A stretch of DNA of 64,000 nt from Deltaproteobacteria bacterium. Lineage in GTDB: Bacteria; Myxococcota_A; UBA9160; SMWR01. The stretch is taken from the NCBI GenBank assembly GCA_032128375.1, contig JAQBGU010000002.1, positions 1 through 64,000 of the forward strand. The letters are read 5' to 3'. Shown one piece after another: positions 29,435 through 39,770 of this stretch. Each line of letters starts with the position of its first letter. Position 1 is the first letter of the stretch. A model generated the notes under the pieces. It did no database searches. It was not told where the DNA came from and saw only the letters and a program-made list of their open reading frames with translations. The position numbers and the translations under genes are program-made.

Positions 29435-30526
29435 ATGTTTCAGAAACACAACCCCGCAGTGGGTTCGCGCCCCGGGACACTCGCAATCCCGCCTGGCTCC
29501 CCGTTTCCGAAGATCAGCGTTGTGCAGTACGACGCTCAGTCAGTCACGCGTCATCAAATTGAGGATGTGGAAGAGCTTCGCGCATTTCGCGAAATGGAGA
29601 GCGTCAGCTGGGTTGATATCCAGGGGCTCGGAGATGAGGCGACGATTCGAGCAGTCGGCGAAATCTTCGGACTTCATCCTGTTGCGCTCGAAAACGCCGT
29701 CAATGTGCCGCAGCGGGCCAAGACGGATCTTCACGAGCACTACCAACTCATCATCGCGCGTACGCCGCAGATCGACGACGACGGAAAGGTGTTGACACCG
29801 CAGGTGTGCTTCATTGTCGGTAAACAGTATTTGCTGACGTTTCAGGAGCGCTACTACGGCTTCTTCGACTCTGTTCGAGAGCGAATCCAGGCCGGTATCG
29901 GTGCGATCCGGAACCAGGGGCCCGACTATCTCGCGTACGCGTTGATCGACGCGATGATCGATCGGTATTACCCCGTCGCACAGCGGCTGGCCGAGAACCT
30001 CGAGGAACTCGAGGACATCATCATCGAGTATCCCCACCCCGAAGTGCTCGCGCGGATCCAGGCTTTGCGCCGCCAGCTGGTAGTTCTCCGACGGATCGGG
30101 TGGCCGCAAAGGGAGGCCATCAGTGCGATGCTCCGCGAACAGACGCCCTTTTTTGGCGACCAGGAGAAAGTCTATCTGCGCGACACATATGATCACATCG
30201 CCCAGATCGTCGAACTCATCGACTCGTCGCGCGAAATGGCTTCGGACCTGTCGGAATCGTATCTATCGAACGTGAGCCATCGTACGAACGAGATCACGAA
30301 AGTGTTGACACTGATGGCGAGCATCTTCATTCCGCTCACGTTCGTTGCAGGAATCTACGGCATGAATTTCGAGAACATGCCGGAACTCCATTCGCGCAAC
30401 GGATACTTTCTTGTCTGGGGCGTGATGATCACGCTCGGTGTCGGAATGACGCTCTACTTTCGGCATAAGGGCTGGATCGGGACACCGCCCCCACCCGATT
30501 TCAAATCCGGAGGCGAGAAATCGTGA
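29435..30526 (+). CDS. corA: Magnesium/cobalt transporter CorA
   Basis: QRAK, YLRDTYDH and GIYGMNFENMPEL motifs; AAGGAG RBS. Confidence 0.96.
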   Translation: MFQKHNPAVGSRPGTLAIPPGSPFPKISVVQYDAQSVTRHQIEDVEELRAFREMESVSWVDIQGLGDEATIRAVGEIFGLHPVALENAVNVPQRAKTDLHEHYQLIIARTPQIDDDGKVLTPQVCFIVGKQYLLTFQERYYGFFDSVRERIQAGIGAIRNQGPDYLAYALIDAMIDRYYPVAQRLAENLEELEDIIIEYPHPEVLARIQALRRQLVVLRRIGWPQREAISAMLREQTPFFGDQEKVYLRDTYDHIAQIVELIDSSREMASDLSESYLSNVSHRTNEITKVLTLMASIFIPLTFVAGIYGMNFENMPELHSRNGYFLVWGVMITLGVGMTLYFRHKGWIGTPPPPDFKSGGEKS

Positions 30527-30581
30527 AGAACAGAGCCTGGCACGGGTCGATCGGCGCGCAAGGACGTGTTACTTAGCCGCG

Positions 30582-31190
30582 ATGGCACAACTAACCATTC
30601 AGCGTCTTCTGGAAAACAATCGAAGCTGGTCGGCAAGCCGCAGGCAAACGAACCCGGCTTTCTTCGAGCAGCTTTGCGGTCTGCAAAAACCTGAATTCCT
30701 GTGGATTGGTTGCGCCGATAGCCGAGTCCCGGCGAACGAAATCGTGGGGCTTCAACCGGGCGAGTTGTTCGTGCACCGCAATATTGCCAACGTCATGCCA
30801 CCGGGAGACGCGAACAGCTTGTCGGTTCTCCAGTACGCTGTCGATGTCCTCAACGTGCGGCACGTCATCGTCTGCGGCCACTACGGTTGCGGGGGGGTGG
30901 CGGCAGCGATGGAAGACCATCCGAGCGGCGCGCTCGGACACTGGCTGGACAACATCGAGCGGGTCTACGAAGCCAATCGGGTCGAGATCGACCGACTGGC
31001 AAACCCGCAAGCGCGCGTTCGCCACCTTTGTGAGTTGAACGTCCTCGCCCAGGTGCGCAGCGTCACCCAAGCGACGAGCGTGCGTGCAGCTTGGAAACGC
31101 AACCAAGCCCTGTCGATACACGGCTGGATCTACGACCTTCAAGACGGGCTGCTCGAGGAGATCAGCCCTCCGGTTAGCGCGGTCGCTTGA
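30582..31190 (+). CDS. can: Beta-class carbonic anhydrase
   Basis: GCADSRVP, HRNIAN and CGHYGCGG motifs. Confidence 0.95.
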   Translation: MAQLTIQRLLENNRSWSASRRQTNPAFFEQLCGLQKPEFLWIGCADSRVPANEIVGLQPGELFVHRNIANVMPPGDANSLSVLQYAVDVLNVRHVIVCGHYGCGGVAAAMEDHPSGALGHWLDNIERVYEANRVEIDRLANPQARVRHLCELNVLAQVRSVTQATSVRAAWKRNQALSIHGWIYDLQDGLLEEISPPVSAVA

Positions 31191-31318
31191 TCGCGCGAGA
31201 CGCACCAAAAGCAATGCGTGGGGCGCGCGGGATGGCACCCGTGTGGCCAGATGCCCGACCCAAGCTGGGTCGCAACCACGATGTGGAAGCGTTCGCCCCA
31301 CAGCGGCGAACGCGCGAC

Positions 31319-33274
31319 CTAGGCCAGCCTTTGGCCCGGCAACAGTGGAGGCATCGGGGCGCCGAGCGAGTCGGCGATGGCGCGCATTAGCTCCCCCTGT
31401 GCCTGGGAGACGATACCGTCCGAAGCGATGGATGCGGCGCACGCGGGCAAGAGCTGCTCGACCGTGCGCGCGTCGGCTCGAGCGAGGACCGTGAGCGCCT
31501 GATCGAGAGCGTCCAGGCCGGAGCGATCCCGCGGCAGGAGCTGCAGTGAAGTCCCGCGGAGCCTTGCCGCGCCCTGACTGAACGACTCCTGCGCTGAATC
31601 TTCGTCGGCGCTTCCGAAACGCGAGAGCGCTGACAACACGACGCCGCACTCAGGCGCCACCCGCGAGAGCGACAGGTTGCGTCTCGCTCGCGAGCCGGTG
31701 CGCTCGAAGTGGGGCCGCAGGTGAGCGAACAGCATGCGCTGGAGCGTCCACTCGAACAGGTCGATGCGGCCATCCGCCTCGATGAGCGCTGCTACGTTGG
31801 CGTCGAACGCGGCGAACTGCCCCGGCGACAGGCGCTGTAGTGTCGGTAGCGCGATGTCGATCAGCGGAAGACGGAGCCGGGCATCGAGACGTTCGACGTC
31901 TGGCAGCAGCCGAAGCGTCTCTTCCGCGATTCCCGCTTCGCTTGCGCGAGTGAGCCGTTCGAGCTGCCGCCGCCGCACTTCATCGTCGCGCCCGATCAGC
32001 AACGCATACAGGATCGCACGCGCACCGTGGGGTTCGTGGCAGGCCGTGACGACCGACTCGGGCAGACTCGCGACCAGGCTGGCCGCATACGCGAGGTGCG
32101 CAGCCGTGGGCAAGCCGACCTGATCGATCGCCGACCCTGTGGGCTGCGCTGGGAGAGTCCGGGTCGGCGCGACCGTGCCGCTCGCCGCGAATCCGGCTGC
32201 GCGCGCGGGTTGCATCCCGCCGCCTTCGGCCGGCGCTCTGCTGCCGCCTTGGAAGGACGGGTCGAGCCGCCGGATGCGCTCTTCGAGGGGCGGATGCGTT
32301 GCGAACAGCGATTGCAGCCCGCCGCGCAGTCCCTGGCTGAACAAGAGGTGACTCGCCGCTGGAGCCGACGGGCTCATCAGAATCGATCCCGCATCGAAGC
32401 CTGCGATCTTCTTGAGCGCACCAGCGATGCCGTCGGGGTTGCGGGTGAATTGTACCGCCGAAGCGTCGGCCAGGAACTCGCGTTGGCGGCTGACGGAAGC
32501 CTTGATGAGGTTGCCGAAGAACGTCCCCAAGAAGCCGACGATCATCAACCCGAAGCCTGCCGCCAGCATCACCGCGCCGTTGTTGTCCCGGCCGCCGCGC
32601 CGGCCACCACCGAACATCGACGATCGCAGCAGGAAGTAGCCGATGAGTCCGATCAGCAGGATTCCGTGGATGGCGCCCATCAGCCGAATGTTCAAGCGCA
32701 TGTCGCCGCTCAAGATGTGGCTGAATTCATGTGCGATCACACCCTGCAGCTCGTCGCGGCTGAGGCGATGGACGCATCCGCGTGTAACGCCGATGACGGC
32801 ATCGCTCGTCGTGAAGCCGGCGGCGAATGCATTGATAGCGTCTTCATCCGCCATCAGGTACACCGGCGGCGTCGGCGTTCCGCTGGCAATCGCCATCTCC
32901 TCGACGACGTTGAGAAGCTTTCGGGCATCGGGGTCTCGCGTGTCGGTGGGTACGAGCTGGCCGCCCAGCGATTCCGCGACAACTACACCACCGCCGCGTA
33001 GCTGCGCGATCTTGTAGAGGCTGCCGGCCGAAACGACCGCAAGCGTCGCCAGGCCGACCTGGATGAGAAGATCGGGTTGCCAGAACTCCGGGTGCATTCC
33101 GACGATGCGACCATACTCGTCGGTCGCCGGCTGTCCAGTGATTGCCACGGCCAGCGCGTACAGCAGCGCGACGATTCCCACCACCGCGCACCCGAATAGG
33201 AAGACGAGCCACGACGTCTGACGGCGAGCCGCTTCCTGGTTCTCGAAAAAATTCGTCGACACCGGCTTCGTCAA
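31319..33274 (-). CDS. M48 family (HtpX-like) metallopeptidase with C-terminal extension
   Basis: INAFAAG, AHEFSH, SRQREFLADA and THPPLEERI motifs; follows lemA. Confidence 0.93.
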   Translation of the reverse strand: MTKPVSTNFFENQEAARRQTSWLVFLFGCAVVGIVALLYALAVAITGQPATDEYGRIVGMHPEFWQPDLLIQVGLATLAVVSAGSLYKIAQLRGGGVVVAESLGGQLVPTDTRDPDARKLLNVVEEMAIASGTPTPPVYLMADEDAINAFAAGFTTSDAVIGVTRGCVHRLSRDELQGVIAHEFSHILSGDMRLNIRLMGAIHGILLIGLIGYFLLRSSMFGGGRRGGRDNNGAVMLAAGFGLMIVGFLGTFFGNLIKASVSRQREFLADASAVQFTRNPDGIAGALKKIAGFDAGSILMSPSAPAASHLLFSQGLRGGLQSLFATHPPLEERIRRLDPSFQGGSRAPAEGGGMQPARAAGFAASGTVAPTRTLPAQPTGSAIDQVGLPTAAHLAYAASLVASLPESVVTACHEPHGARAILYALLIGRDDEVRRRQLERLTRASEAGIAEETLRLLPDVERLDARLRLPLIDIALPTLQRLSPGQFAAFDANVAALIEADGRIDLFEWTLQRMLFAHLRPHFERTGSRARRNLSLSRVAPECGVVLSALSRFGSADEDSAQESFSQGAARLRGTSLQLLPRDRSGLDALDQALTVLARADARTVEQLLPACAASIASDGIVSQAQGELMRAIADSLGAPMPPLLPGQRLA

Positions 33275-33277
33275 CCG

Positions 33278-33871
33278 CTAAGAGAACGAGACCTTGGGAG
33301 CTTCGGCAATCGCCTGGCTGTCGAATTCGAGCAGCGATGCGTTGGTCGGGTGACCGAACGCCGCGGCGAACAGCACCGCCGGGAAGCTCTGGCGGTAAGT
33401 GTTGTAGGCGGTCACTCCGTCGTTGAACGCTTGCCGGGCGAAGGAGACCTTGTTCTCCGTCGAGGTCAGCTCCTCGGTGAGCTGCTGCATGTTCTGGCTG
33501 GCCTTCAGATCCGGGTAGGCCTCCGACAGCGCCAACAGGCGACCCACGGCACCGCCAAGCACGCCTTCAGCTGCGCCGAGTTGCTTCATCGCGTCGGGGT
33601 TTCCCGGGTCACCGGCTGCGGCGGCCAACCCCGAGGCAGCCTGGTTGCGGGCCTCGACGACGGCCTCGAGGGTCTCCCGCTCGTGGGACATGTAGCCCTT
33701 GACGGTCTCGACCAGGTTCGGGATCAGGTCGTAGCGTCGCTTGAGCTGCACCTCGATCTGTGCGAAGCCGTTTTGGTAGCGGTTCTTCAGCGCAACGAGG
33801 CGGTTGTAGATCCCGACGACGACGACAGCCAGTACGACGACGATGCCGATGAGCACGAACAGAGTGGTCAT
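33278..33871 (-). CDS. lemA: LemA family protein
   Basis: QLKRRYDLIPNLVETVKGY, EAYPDLKA and TENKVSFARQ motifs; GGAGG RBS. Confidence 0.96.
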   Translation of the reverse strand: MTTLFVLIGIVVVLAVVVVGIYNRLVALKNRYQNGFAQIEVQLKRRYDLIPNLVETVKGYMSHERETLEAVVEARNQAASGLAAAAGDPGNPDAMKQLGAAEGVLGGAVGRLLALSEAYPDLKASQNMQQLTEELTSTENKVSFARQAFNDGVTAYNTYRQSFPAVLFAAAFGHPTNASLLEFDSQAIAEAPKVSFS

Positions 33872-34045
33872 GTTGCCTCCTTGCCGAGGGTCCCGACTGA
33901 GGGCCGGGGCCGGCCGCCGAAGCATAGGGCAGCTGATCGGATGATCTCCAGGCGCGGTCCTGATGGGGCTTCGCAACGCCGAGGCACGATCAAACCACCT
34001 GGAGCCAGAAAACGGACAAGCGGCTCCCGAAGGAGGCTTGGGTTC

Positions 34046-34229
34046 CTACAGTCCGCCCGTTGCATACAGACACTGACCGGTGATCCAGCTTGCGGCCGGT
34101 GAGGCCATGAAGACGACGGCGGCTCCGATGTCGGCTGGAATACCGATCGCCTCTTCCATCGCGCCGATCTGGGAGGGGTCGACGTTCGTGCAGTCGAGAA
34201 AGTTCTGCGTCGGAATCGGGCCCGGCGCC
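34046..34229 (-). pseudogene. SDR oxidoreductase C-terminal remnant (absent from ORF track)
   Basis: Translates APGPIPT...EEAIGIPADIGAAVVFMASPAASWITGQCLYATGGL*; the usual PLGRxG segment is missing. Confidence 0.75.
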
Positions 34230-34275
34230 CGGCCTGGGAGGCCGCTCGCTACTCAGCGGGTCGTAGCGCCTTGCG

Positions 34276-35358
34276 TTAGCGCCGCTTTGGCATCAGCACG
34301 GTGTAGTCGAGATCCAGTACGACATTGTCGCGGTAGCGCTCCTTGCCGTCCTGCGCCGTTTTGGGCTCGAAGTCGGGACCGGAAGGGTCCTCGTTCTTGA
34401 CGCCGATCAGGCGCAGACGCAGCGCGCCGAGATCGTCGCGTCCCAGATCGATGCGTTCGATGACTTCGGTGAGTGCGTACAGGGTATCGCCGGCGACGGT
34501 TGGGTTCGCATGTGTTCCGGCGTTGAAGGCCAGCACCCTCAGCGCGTTTTCGAGGCCGTCATAAGAGATCGCGTGGGCCAATGAAATGATGTGCCCGCCG
34601 TAGACAATGCGTTTGCCGAGGCGCGCGTCTTTCTGGGTGTGATGGTTGAAGTGCACGCGCGCGTTGTTCTGGTACAGGCGCGTGGCCATCTGGTGCTCGG
34701 CGTCCTCGATCGTGATGCCCTGCGGGTGCGCGATCCTTTCTCCCGGTTCGTAATCTTGCCAGAAGAACGCACCGCCGGTTGCAATCGGGTCGAAATTCGA
34801 AACATCGAGTTCGTCCGGCACGTGCAGGTTCGCGGCCGTGACGCGGTCGGGCAGATCGGGCGAGTCACTGGCTCCGGTCTTCACGTCGGGCTTGCGCTTG
34901 TTCACCATCGCCCAGCGATAAAAATGCAGCACCCTTTCGTCACGCTGGTTGAAACCCTCTGTGCGAACCCAGACGATGCCGACATCGCCGCGTGACGTTT
35001 CGCGTTTGCCGAGGACTTCGGTGCGCGCGTGCAATGTGTCGCCCGGCAGAACCGGAACACCGAAGCGCACATCGGCGTAGCCGAGATTGGCGGGCGAGTT
35101 CAGCGAGACGTCGGGCACCGCGCGACCGAACACGATGTGGAAGACCAGCAGGTCGTGGGCGATCTCTCGGCGAAAGCCCAGCGTTCGAGCCAGTTCCGTC
35201 GAACAGTGTAGGGGTCGCCGGTCGCCGGTCAGCGCGATGTAGAGCGCGATATCCCCTTCGCTGATTGTGCGTGGAATCGCGTTGCGGAAGAGTTGGCCGG
35301 GGGTGAAATCTTCGAAGAAGTTCCCATCAGTGATCTTGGAGGAGGTCTGCTGGCTCAT
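34276..35358 (-). CDS. mch: Double MaoC hydratase, mesaconyl-CoA (2-methylfumaryl-CoA) hydratase-like
   Basis: GNFFEDF, PRTISEGD, ANLGY, EHQMATRLYQNNARVHF and YGGHIIS motifs. Confidence 0.8.
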   Translation of the reverse strand: MSQQTSSKITDGNFFEDFTPGQLFRNAIPRTISEGDIALYIALTGDRRPLHCSTELARTLGFRREIAHDLLVFHIVFGRAVPDVSLNSPANLGYADVRFGVPVLPGDTLHARTEVLGKRETSRGDVGIVWVRTEGFNQRDERVLHFYRWAMVNKRKPDVKTGASDSPDLPDRVTAANLHVPDELDVSNFDPIATGGAFFWQDYEPGERIAHPQGITIEDAEHQMATRLYQNNARVHFNHHTQKDARLGKRIVYGGHIISLAHAISYDGLENALRVLAFNAGTHANPTVAGDTLYALTEVIERIDLGRDDLGALRLRLIGVKNEDPSGPDFEPKTAQDGKERYRDNVVLDLDYTVLMPKRR

Positions 35359-35460
35359 GGTCGCCGTACCTTCTTGGGAGAGCTTTGTTCCAGAGCGCTC
35401 GATGAGGAGTGCCGTGTCAAAAGCTGATTTGGGTGCGCGTGAGGAGGTGTGCGAGGCATC

Positions 35461-35507
35461 GATATATATATCTACAGAGAGAGAGCTAGAGAGTTAGAGA
35501 GTTAGAG
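35461..35507. repeat. Low-complexity (TA)n/(GA)n tract with 8-bp TAGAGAGY units
   Basis: gatatatatatctacagagagagagctagagagttagagagttagag. Confidence 0.75.
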
Positions 35508-35627
35508 GCAATCGAGGAAGCGGAGCTTACCTGACGAAATCCGCGGGAGGAACACCATCCCCGTGGTAACCTGCTCTTTCTACCGCAAAGCGACAGCGAA
35601 GCGAAACGGGAACAGCGAAGTGGTGGC

Positions 35628-36185
35628 ATGAGTATCCAGAGCGACAGGTGGATTCGTCAGATGGCGCAGCAGAATGGGATGATCGAACCGTTCTGCGAGC
35701 GCAGCGATGGTAACGGCGTGATCAGCTTCGGGCTTTCGAGCTACGGCTACGACGTGCGGGTGAGCAACGAATTCAAGGTCTTCACCAACGTCTACAATTC
35801 GATTGTCGACCCCAAGGCGTTCCGCGACGATGCGTTCGTCGATGTCAAAGGCGATGTCTGCGTTGTACCGCCCAACTCATTCGCGCTGGCGCGCACGATT
35901 GAATACTTCCGGATCCCCGAAGACGTGCTCACCATTTGCGTCGGCAAGAGCACCTACGCGCGCTGTGGAATCATCGTCAACGTCACGCCGTTCGAGCCGG
36001 GCTGGCAGGGCACGGTGACGCTCGAGATCTCGAATACCACCCCGCTTCCGGCAAAGATCTACGCCGGCGAAGGCATCGCACAGGTGTTGTTCTTCCGGGG
36101 CGAGGAGCGCTGCGAAACGAGCTACGCCGATCGCGCGGGCCAGTACCAGAGCCAGACCGGGATCACCCTGCCGCGAGTGCGCTAG
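35628..36185 (+). CDS. dcd: dCTP deaminase
   Basis: [26 protein letters not shown] and [15 protein letters not shown] motifs. Confidence 0.97.
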   Translation: MSIQSDRWIRQMAQQNGMIEPFCERSDGNGVISFGLSSYGYDVRVSNEFKVFTNVYNSIVDPKAFRDDAFVDVKGDVCVVPPNSFALARTIEYFRIPEDVLTICVGKSTYARCGIIVNVTPFEPGWQGTVTLEISNTTPLPAKIYAGEGIAQVLFFRGEERCETSYADRAGQYQSQTGITLPRVR

Positions 36186-36227
36186 AGCAACCGATCGCGC
36201 GATATCCAGGCGTTGCGGCGGGGCCTT

Positions 36228-36405
36228 CTACGTTTCGGACGATGGGCTGAGCTGCGCTCGTACTTCGCGGATGTGGAACAGGCCAAACGTCATCGTCTTG
36301 GCGAAGTGGACACCGAGGCTGTCGCCGGATTCCCGAAACAGCCCAAAAAACATCGCGAACTCGGCGACATGCGCGATGGCTGTCGCGAAGAGGGGGCCAG
36401 CGATT
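36228..36405 (-). pseudogene. Possible DUF1145 (YhhL-like) membrane protein, 5'-truncated remnant
   Basis: AIAHVAEFAMFFGLF...SLGVHFAKTMTFGLFHIREV; no suitable start found. Confidence 0.4.
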
Positions 36406-37036
36406 ATCCAACCGCGGTACTGGCCAGAACCAACTGCGCCACAAAGTACATTGGCAATCCCCACGCGCTGTTGACGAAGCTGGCTTCGATGAAGCGATTT
36501 CGCGCAACCGAAAGATCCGATACCGCAAACAACAGCGCACCGGCTGCGATCGCGGCCGATCCGGTTTCGATCGAGGCAGATCCGGCGAAGCTGAGCATCG
36601 CAGCGATCGCAATGATGTAGGCCGGTACGGCGTTGCGAAACAACCCGGTCAAATGGGGCCGGAGCCACCGGTGTAGCAGCACACCTGCAGCGGCGGTGAT
36701 CGTCGCGCAAAGGGCCAATGCGCGCCATGACACGCCCAGGTTCGAGAACGCCACGGCGAAAGCGAGATGTCCCAGAAAAAATCCCCCAATCCCGAACAGA
36801 AAGCAGGTGGGACGTCTCTCGGGGATCAACAGCACATCTCCAAGCCAGCACAAACACAGTGCCGCGACGACCAGACGGCCGTAATCGGACTCGAGCGCTC
36901 CACCCGCGACGGCCGCTGCGATGTACGCACTGGCAGCAGTCGTCTTGCACACCCAGATCCCCGCCCGATGGTTCGTGCGTTCTGCAGCCACCAGTCCGCC
37001 ACACGCGAGTAAGCACAGCAGTGCGAAGGCAATCAC
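36404..37036 (-). CDS. Lysoplasmalogenase (YhhN family)
   Basis: WLGDVLL, FFLGH, FAVSD and YFVAQ motifs. Confidence 0.92.
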   Translation of the reverse strand: MIAFALLCLLACGGLVAAERTNHRAGIWVCKTTAASAYIAAAVAGGALESDYGRLVVAALCLCWLGDVLLIPERRPTCFLFGIGGFFLGHLAFAVAFSNLGVSWRALALCATITAAAGVLLHRWLRPHLTGLFRNAVPAYIIAIAAMLSFAGSASIETGSAAIAAGALLFAVSDLSVARNRFIEASFVNSAWGLPMYFVAQLVLASTAVG

Positions 37037-37653
37037 GATCGGCTCACCGTGTCAGCCACTCGGTCGCCGCCGCCGTCAGATGCATCACCTGGCTCCTGCG
37101 GAATCGAATCGACGGTATACCGGAGCACTTCCCAGTCACGCGACCAGCTGTCCGGCGGCAGACCGGCCTTGCGCTTGAGCTGCCGAACGAATTCGGCCGG
37201 CTCGGCGAGACTCTCCCAGACGCAAGGCAGAAAAGTTCCGCCGTGAGTTCTGTCGCGGAGAACCAACCCATCGATTCCGGGTCGCAATTGGCGCAACAGG
37301 TCCGATTCGTCTGCGACTGGAAGCGGCTCGAGCGGGCTGAGGATCGACACGTGGATCTCGAGATGGATCAGTTCCGCGTTGGATAGAGGGGCAAAGCGCG
37401 GGTCGCGAAACGCCGCGGCGTGGGCGTTGTGTGCGACGTCGGATACCAGCGGGCGGCTGGCTTCGAGCGCACCCATGCAGCCGCGCAGTTCGCCTTCGCG
37501 GTGCAGCGTGACGAAAGTGGCACGCCGCTCCCTCAGGGGGGCAGGGAAATCTTTCACGTCCAACCGGAGCAAATCGCGCGTCGCGACACCGTGTTCGATC
37601 GATCGTCTGGCGATTTCGAGCAGAGAGTGTTCAGCAGAAGACGTAGGATCCAT
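37033..37653 (-). CDS. amrA: AmmeMemoRadiSam system protein A (AMMECR1 domain)
   Basis: FVTL, LRGCMG, AAFRDPRF, TFLPCVWE and LKRKAGL motifs. Confidence 0.93.
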   Translation of the reverse strand: MDPTSSAEHSLLEIARRSIEHGVATRDLLRLDVKDFPAPLRERRATFVTLHREGELRGCMGALEASRPLVSDVAHNAHAAAFRDPRFAPLSNAELIHLEIHVSILSPLEPLPVADESDLLRQLRPGIDGLVLRDRTHGGTFLPCVWESLAEPAEFVRQLKRKAGLPPDSWSRDWEVLRYTVDSIPQEPGDASDGGGDRVADTVSRS

Positions 37654-38422
37654 ACCCGACGACCTCCCGCTTGCCGCCCGCTGTGTCGCCCGAGTTGCGC
37701 AGGTCGACCGTCTTCGCGCTGAGTCCATGGCGTTTGGCCGCCAGCAGCAAGCCGCGGGTCGGAACGCGCCCGCAGGCAGATTCGGCATCGAGTCCGCGCT
37801 CGTCGAGTGCTTCGATCGCTCGACTGGTGGCGGCATCGCGAGTCCGCGCGATTTCATAGGGGTAGTAGTGGCTCAAATCCGAACTCACCACGATTTGTGT
37901 TTCCGCAGTACCCCAGAGTGCTTCGAGCACTTCGCTGACCTGTTCGGGCGCGCTATCGCCGACCGACAGAGGGACGAGAAGAAAATCGCCGAGGAGATAC
38001 TGCAGGAACGGCAACTGGACTTCGAGGCTGTGCTCGGCCTCGTGCGCGGCGTCGAAGATGCGAACTTGCGGGAACGCGAGAATCCGATCGATCGCGTCGC
38101 GATCCAGCCGCACTTCGCCGAGTGGCGTTTCGAATGCGTCGGCGCTCGAAGCCGCGAGCCCGCGCAGCGGGACCCGATGAGAGGGGCCCAGCAAGACGAC
38201 TCGGGTGACGATGCCACGCAACCGCGCGATGCGCGCGTATGCGGTCGCCGCAACCGGTCCCGAGTACACGAACCCGGCGTGCGGCACGATCAGCGCCTTG
38301 GGAGCTGGGATGCCAGGTGGATCGATCGGCGCGCCGGCCAGATATCCCGCAAGCGAGCGTTCGAGTTCGGCGCGATCTTCGGGATAGAAGAGGCCGGCGA
38401 CGGCGGAACGGCGGATTTTCAT
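37631..38422 (-). CDS. amrB: AmmeMemoRadiSam system protein B (MEMO1 family)
   Basis: AVAGLFYP, PHAGFVYSG, GPSH, EHSLEVQLPFLQ, SSDLSHY and VVGYGS motifs. Confidence 0.95.
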   Translation of the reverse strand: MKIRRSAVAGLFYPEDRAELERSLAGYLAGAPIDPPGIPAPKALIVPHAGFVYSGPVAATAYARIARLRGIVTRVVLLGPSHRVPLRGLAASSADAFETPLGEVRLDRDAIDRILAFPQVRIFDAAHEAEHSLEVQLPFLQYLLGDFLLVPLSVGDSAPEQVSEVLEALWGTAETQIVVSSDLSHYYPYEIARTRDAATSRAIEALDERGLDAESACGRVPTRGLLLAAKRHGLSAKTVDLRNSGDTAGGKREVVGYGSYVFC

Positions 38423-38436
38423 GGCGGACGTTTCTC

Positions 38437-38526
38437 CTGGGCGTCGCTGGGTGCCGCTGGGTGTCGCTGGGTGTCGCTGGGCGTCGCTGGGCGTCGCTGG
38501 GTGTCGCTGGGTGTCGCTGGGTGTCG
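38437..38526. repeat. Tandem array, 9 x 10 bp CTGGGYGYCG
   Basis: Read directly; abuts the amrB RBS. Confidence 0.97.
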
Positions 38527-38651
38527 CACAGTGCCTGAAGGTACCGATTTGACAGGTTCTGGTCGCGCTGCATCCTTATCACAGAGCATTCATCAGCGAA
38601 CTGGCGTGTGGCATTCGCGCCGCTTCCCACTGTTCCACCGAAGGAGGGCTT

Positions 38652-39770
38652 GTGGCCGCATTCCCCGACGACAGCGGACAGGTTTCTGGGCGTTACTTCC
38701 ACGCTCTCGACGACGGGCGGCTGCAGTGTGATCTGTGCCCGCGCGAGTGCCGGCTGAACGATGGCCAACGTGGCCTGTGTTTCGTAAGGGCTCGCGCGGG
38801 CGACGAGATGGTGCTGACGACATACGGGCGATCGAGCGGCTACTGCGTGGACCCGATCGAGAAGAAACCGCTGAATCATTTCCTTCCGGGTACGCCGGTG
38901 TTGTCGTTCGGAACGGCCGGTTGCAACCTGTCGTGTCGGTTCTGCCAGAACTGGGACATCAGCAAGTCGAGAGAGTTCGACACATTGTCCGACGCCGCTT
39001 CTCCGACCCAGATCGCGAGCGCTGCGCGAGAACTCGGCTGCCGCAGTGTCGCGTTTACCTACAACGACCCGGTGATCTTTCTCGAGTACGCGGTCGACAC
39101 CGCCGAGGCCTGCCGCGAAGCGGGCATTCGATCGGTCGCAGTGACGGCCGGCTATGTCAATGACGCGCCCCGCCGCGAATTCTTTGCGCAGATGGATGCG
39201 GCCAATGTCGACCTGAAGGCGTTTACCGATGCGTTCTATCGCAAGGTCTGCGGTGGCCGCCTGGCACCGGTTTTGGAAACCCTGTGTTATTTGAAACGGG
39301 AGACCGCGGTCTGGTTCGAGATCACGACGCTGCTCATCCCGGGCGAAAACGACTCGGACGCGGAGTTGCACGCGGCCAGCCAGTGGGTGGCCGAGCAGCT
39401 GGGACCGGACGTTCCATGGCACTTTACCGCCTTCCACCCCGACTACCGGATGCTCGACAAAGCGCGAACGCCGGCCGCGACGCTGACACGTGCGCGAAAC
39501 ATCGCGCGAAGCTACGGGCTCCACTACGTCTACACAGGAAACGTCCGAGACGAACGCGGTGGGAGCACACTGTGTCACGCGTGCGGCGAGATTGCGATCG
39601 GTCGAGACCAGTACGTGTTGACGCGCTGGACGCTGACTGACGACGGGTGTTGCCAAGCTTGCGGCGAACGCTGCGCCGGCATATTCGACGGACCGCCCGG
39701 GGAGTGGGGCGCTCGCAGGCTCCCCGTGCGTCTCGCGGATTTCGCGGGGCCTGGGCGAGAAGACCGCTAA
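38652..39770 (+). CDS. amrS: AmmeMemoRadiSam system radical SAM enzyme
   Basis: CDLCPREC, DPIEKKPL, GCNLSCRFCQNW and FHPDY motifs; AAGGAGG RBS. Confidence 0.95.
   Translation: MAAFPDDSGQVSGRYFHALDDGRLQCDLCPRECRLNDGQRGLCFVRARAGDEMVLTTYGRSSGYCVDPIEKKPLNHFLPGTPVLSFGTAGCNLSCRFCQNWDISKSREFDTLSDAASPTQIASAARELGCRSVAFTYNDPVIFLEYAVDTAEACREAGIRSVAVTAGYVNDAPRREFFAQMDAANVDLKAFTDAFYRKVCGGRLAPVLETLCYLKRETAVWFEITTLLIPGENDSDAELHAASQWVAEQLGPDVPWHFTAFHPDYRMLDKARTPAATLTRARNIARSYGLHYVYTGNVRDERGGSTLCHACGEIAIGRDQYVLTRWTLTDDGCCQACGERCAGIFDGPPGEWGARRLPVRLADFAGPGREDR

Noticed and set aside
30538..30556. Sigma-54 promoter before can (TGGCACG)
   Set aside because: No TTGC at the -12 position
35520..35580. Riboswitch or hammerhead upstream of dcd (CTGACGA, possible stems)
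   Set aside because: The hammerhead GAAA core is not correctly placed and no riboswitch consensus was recognised; an Rfam scan would be needed
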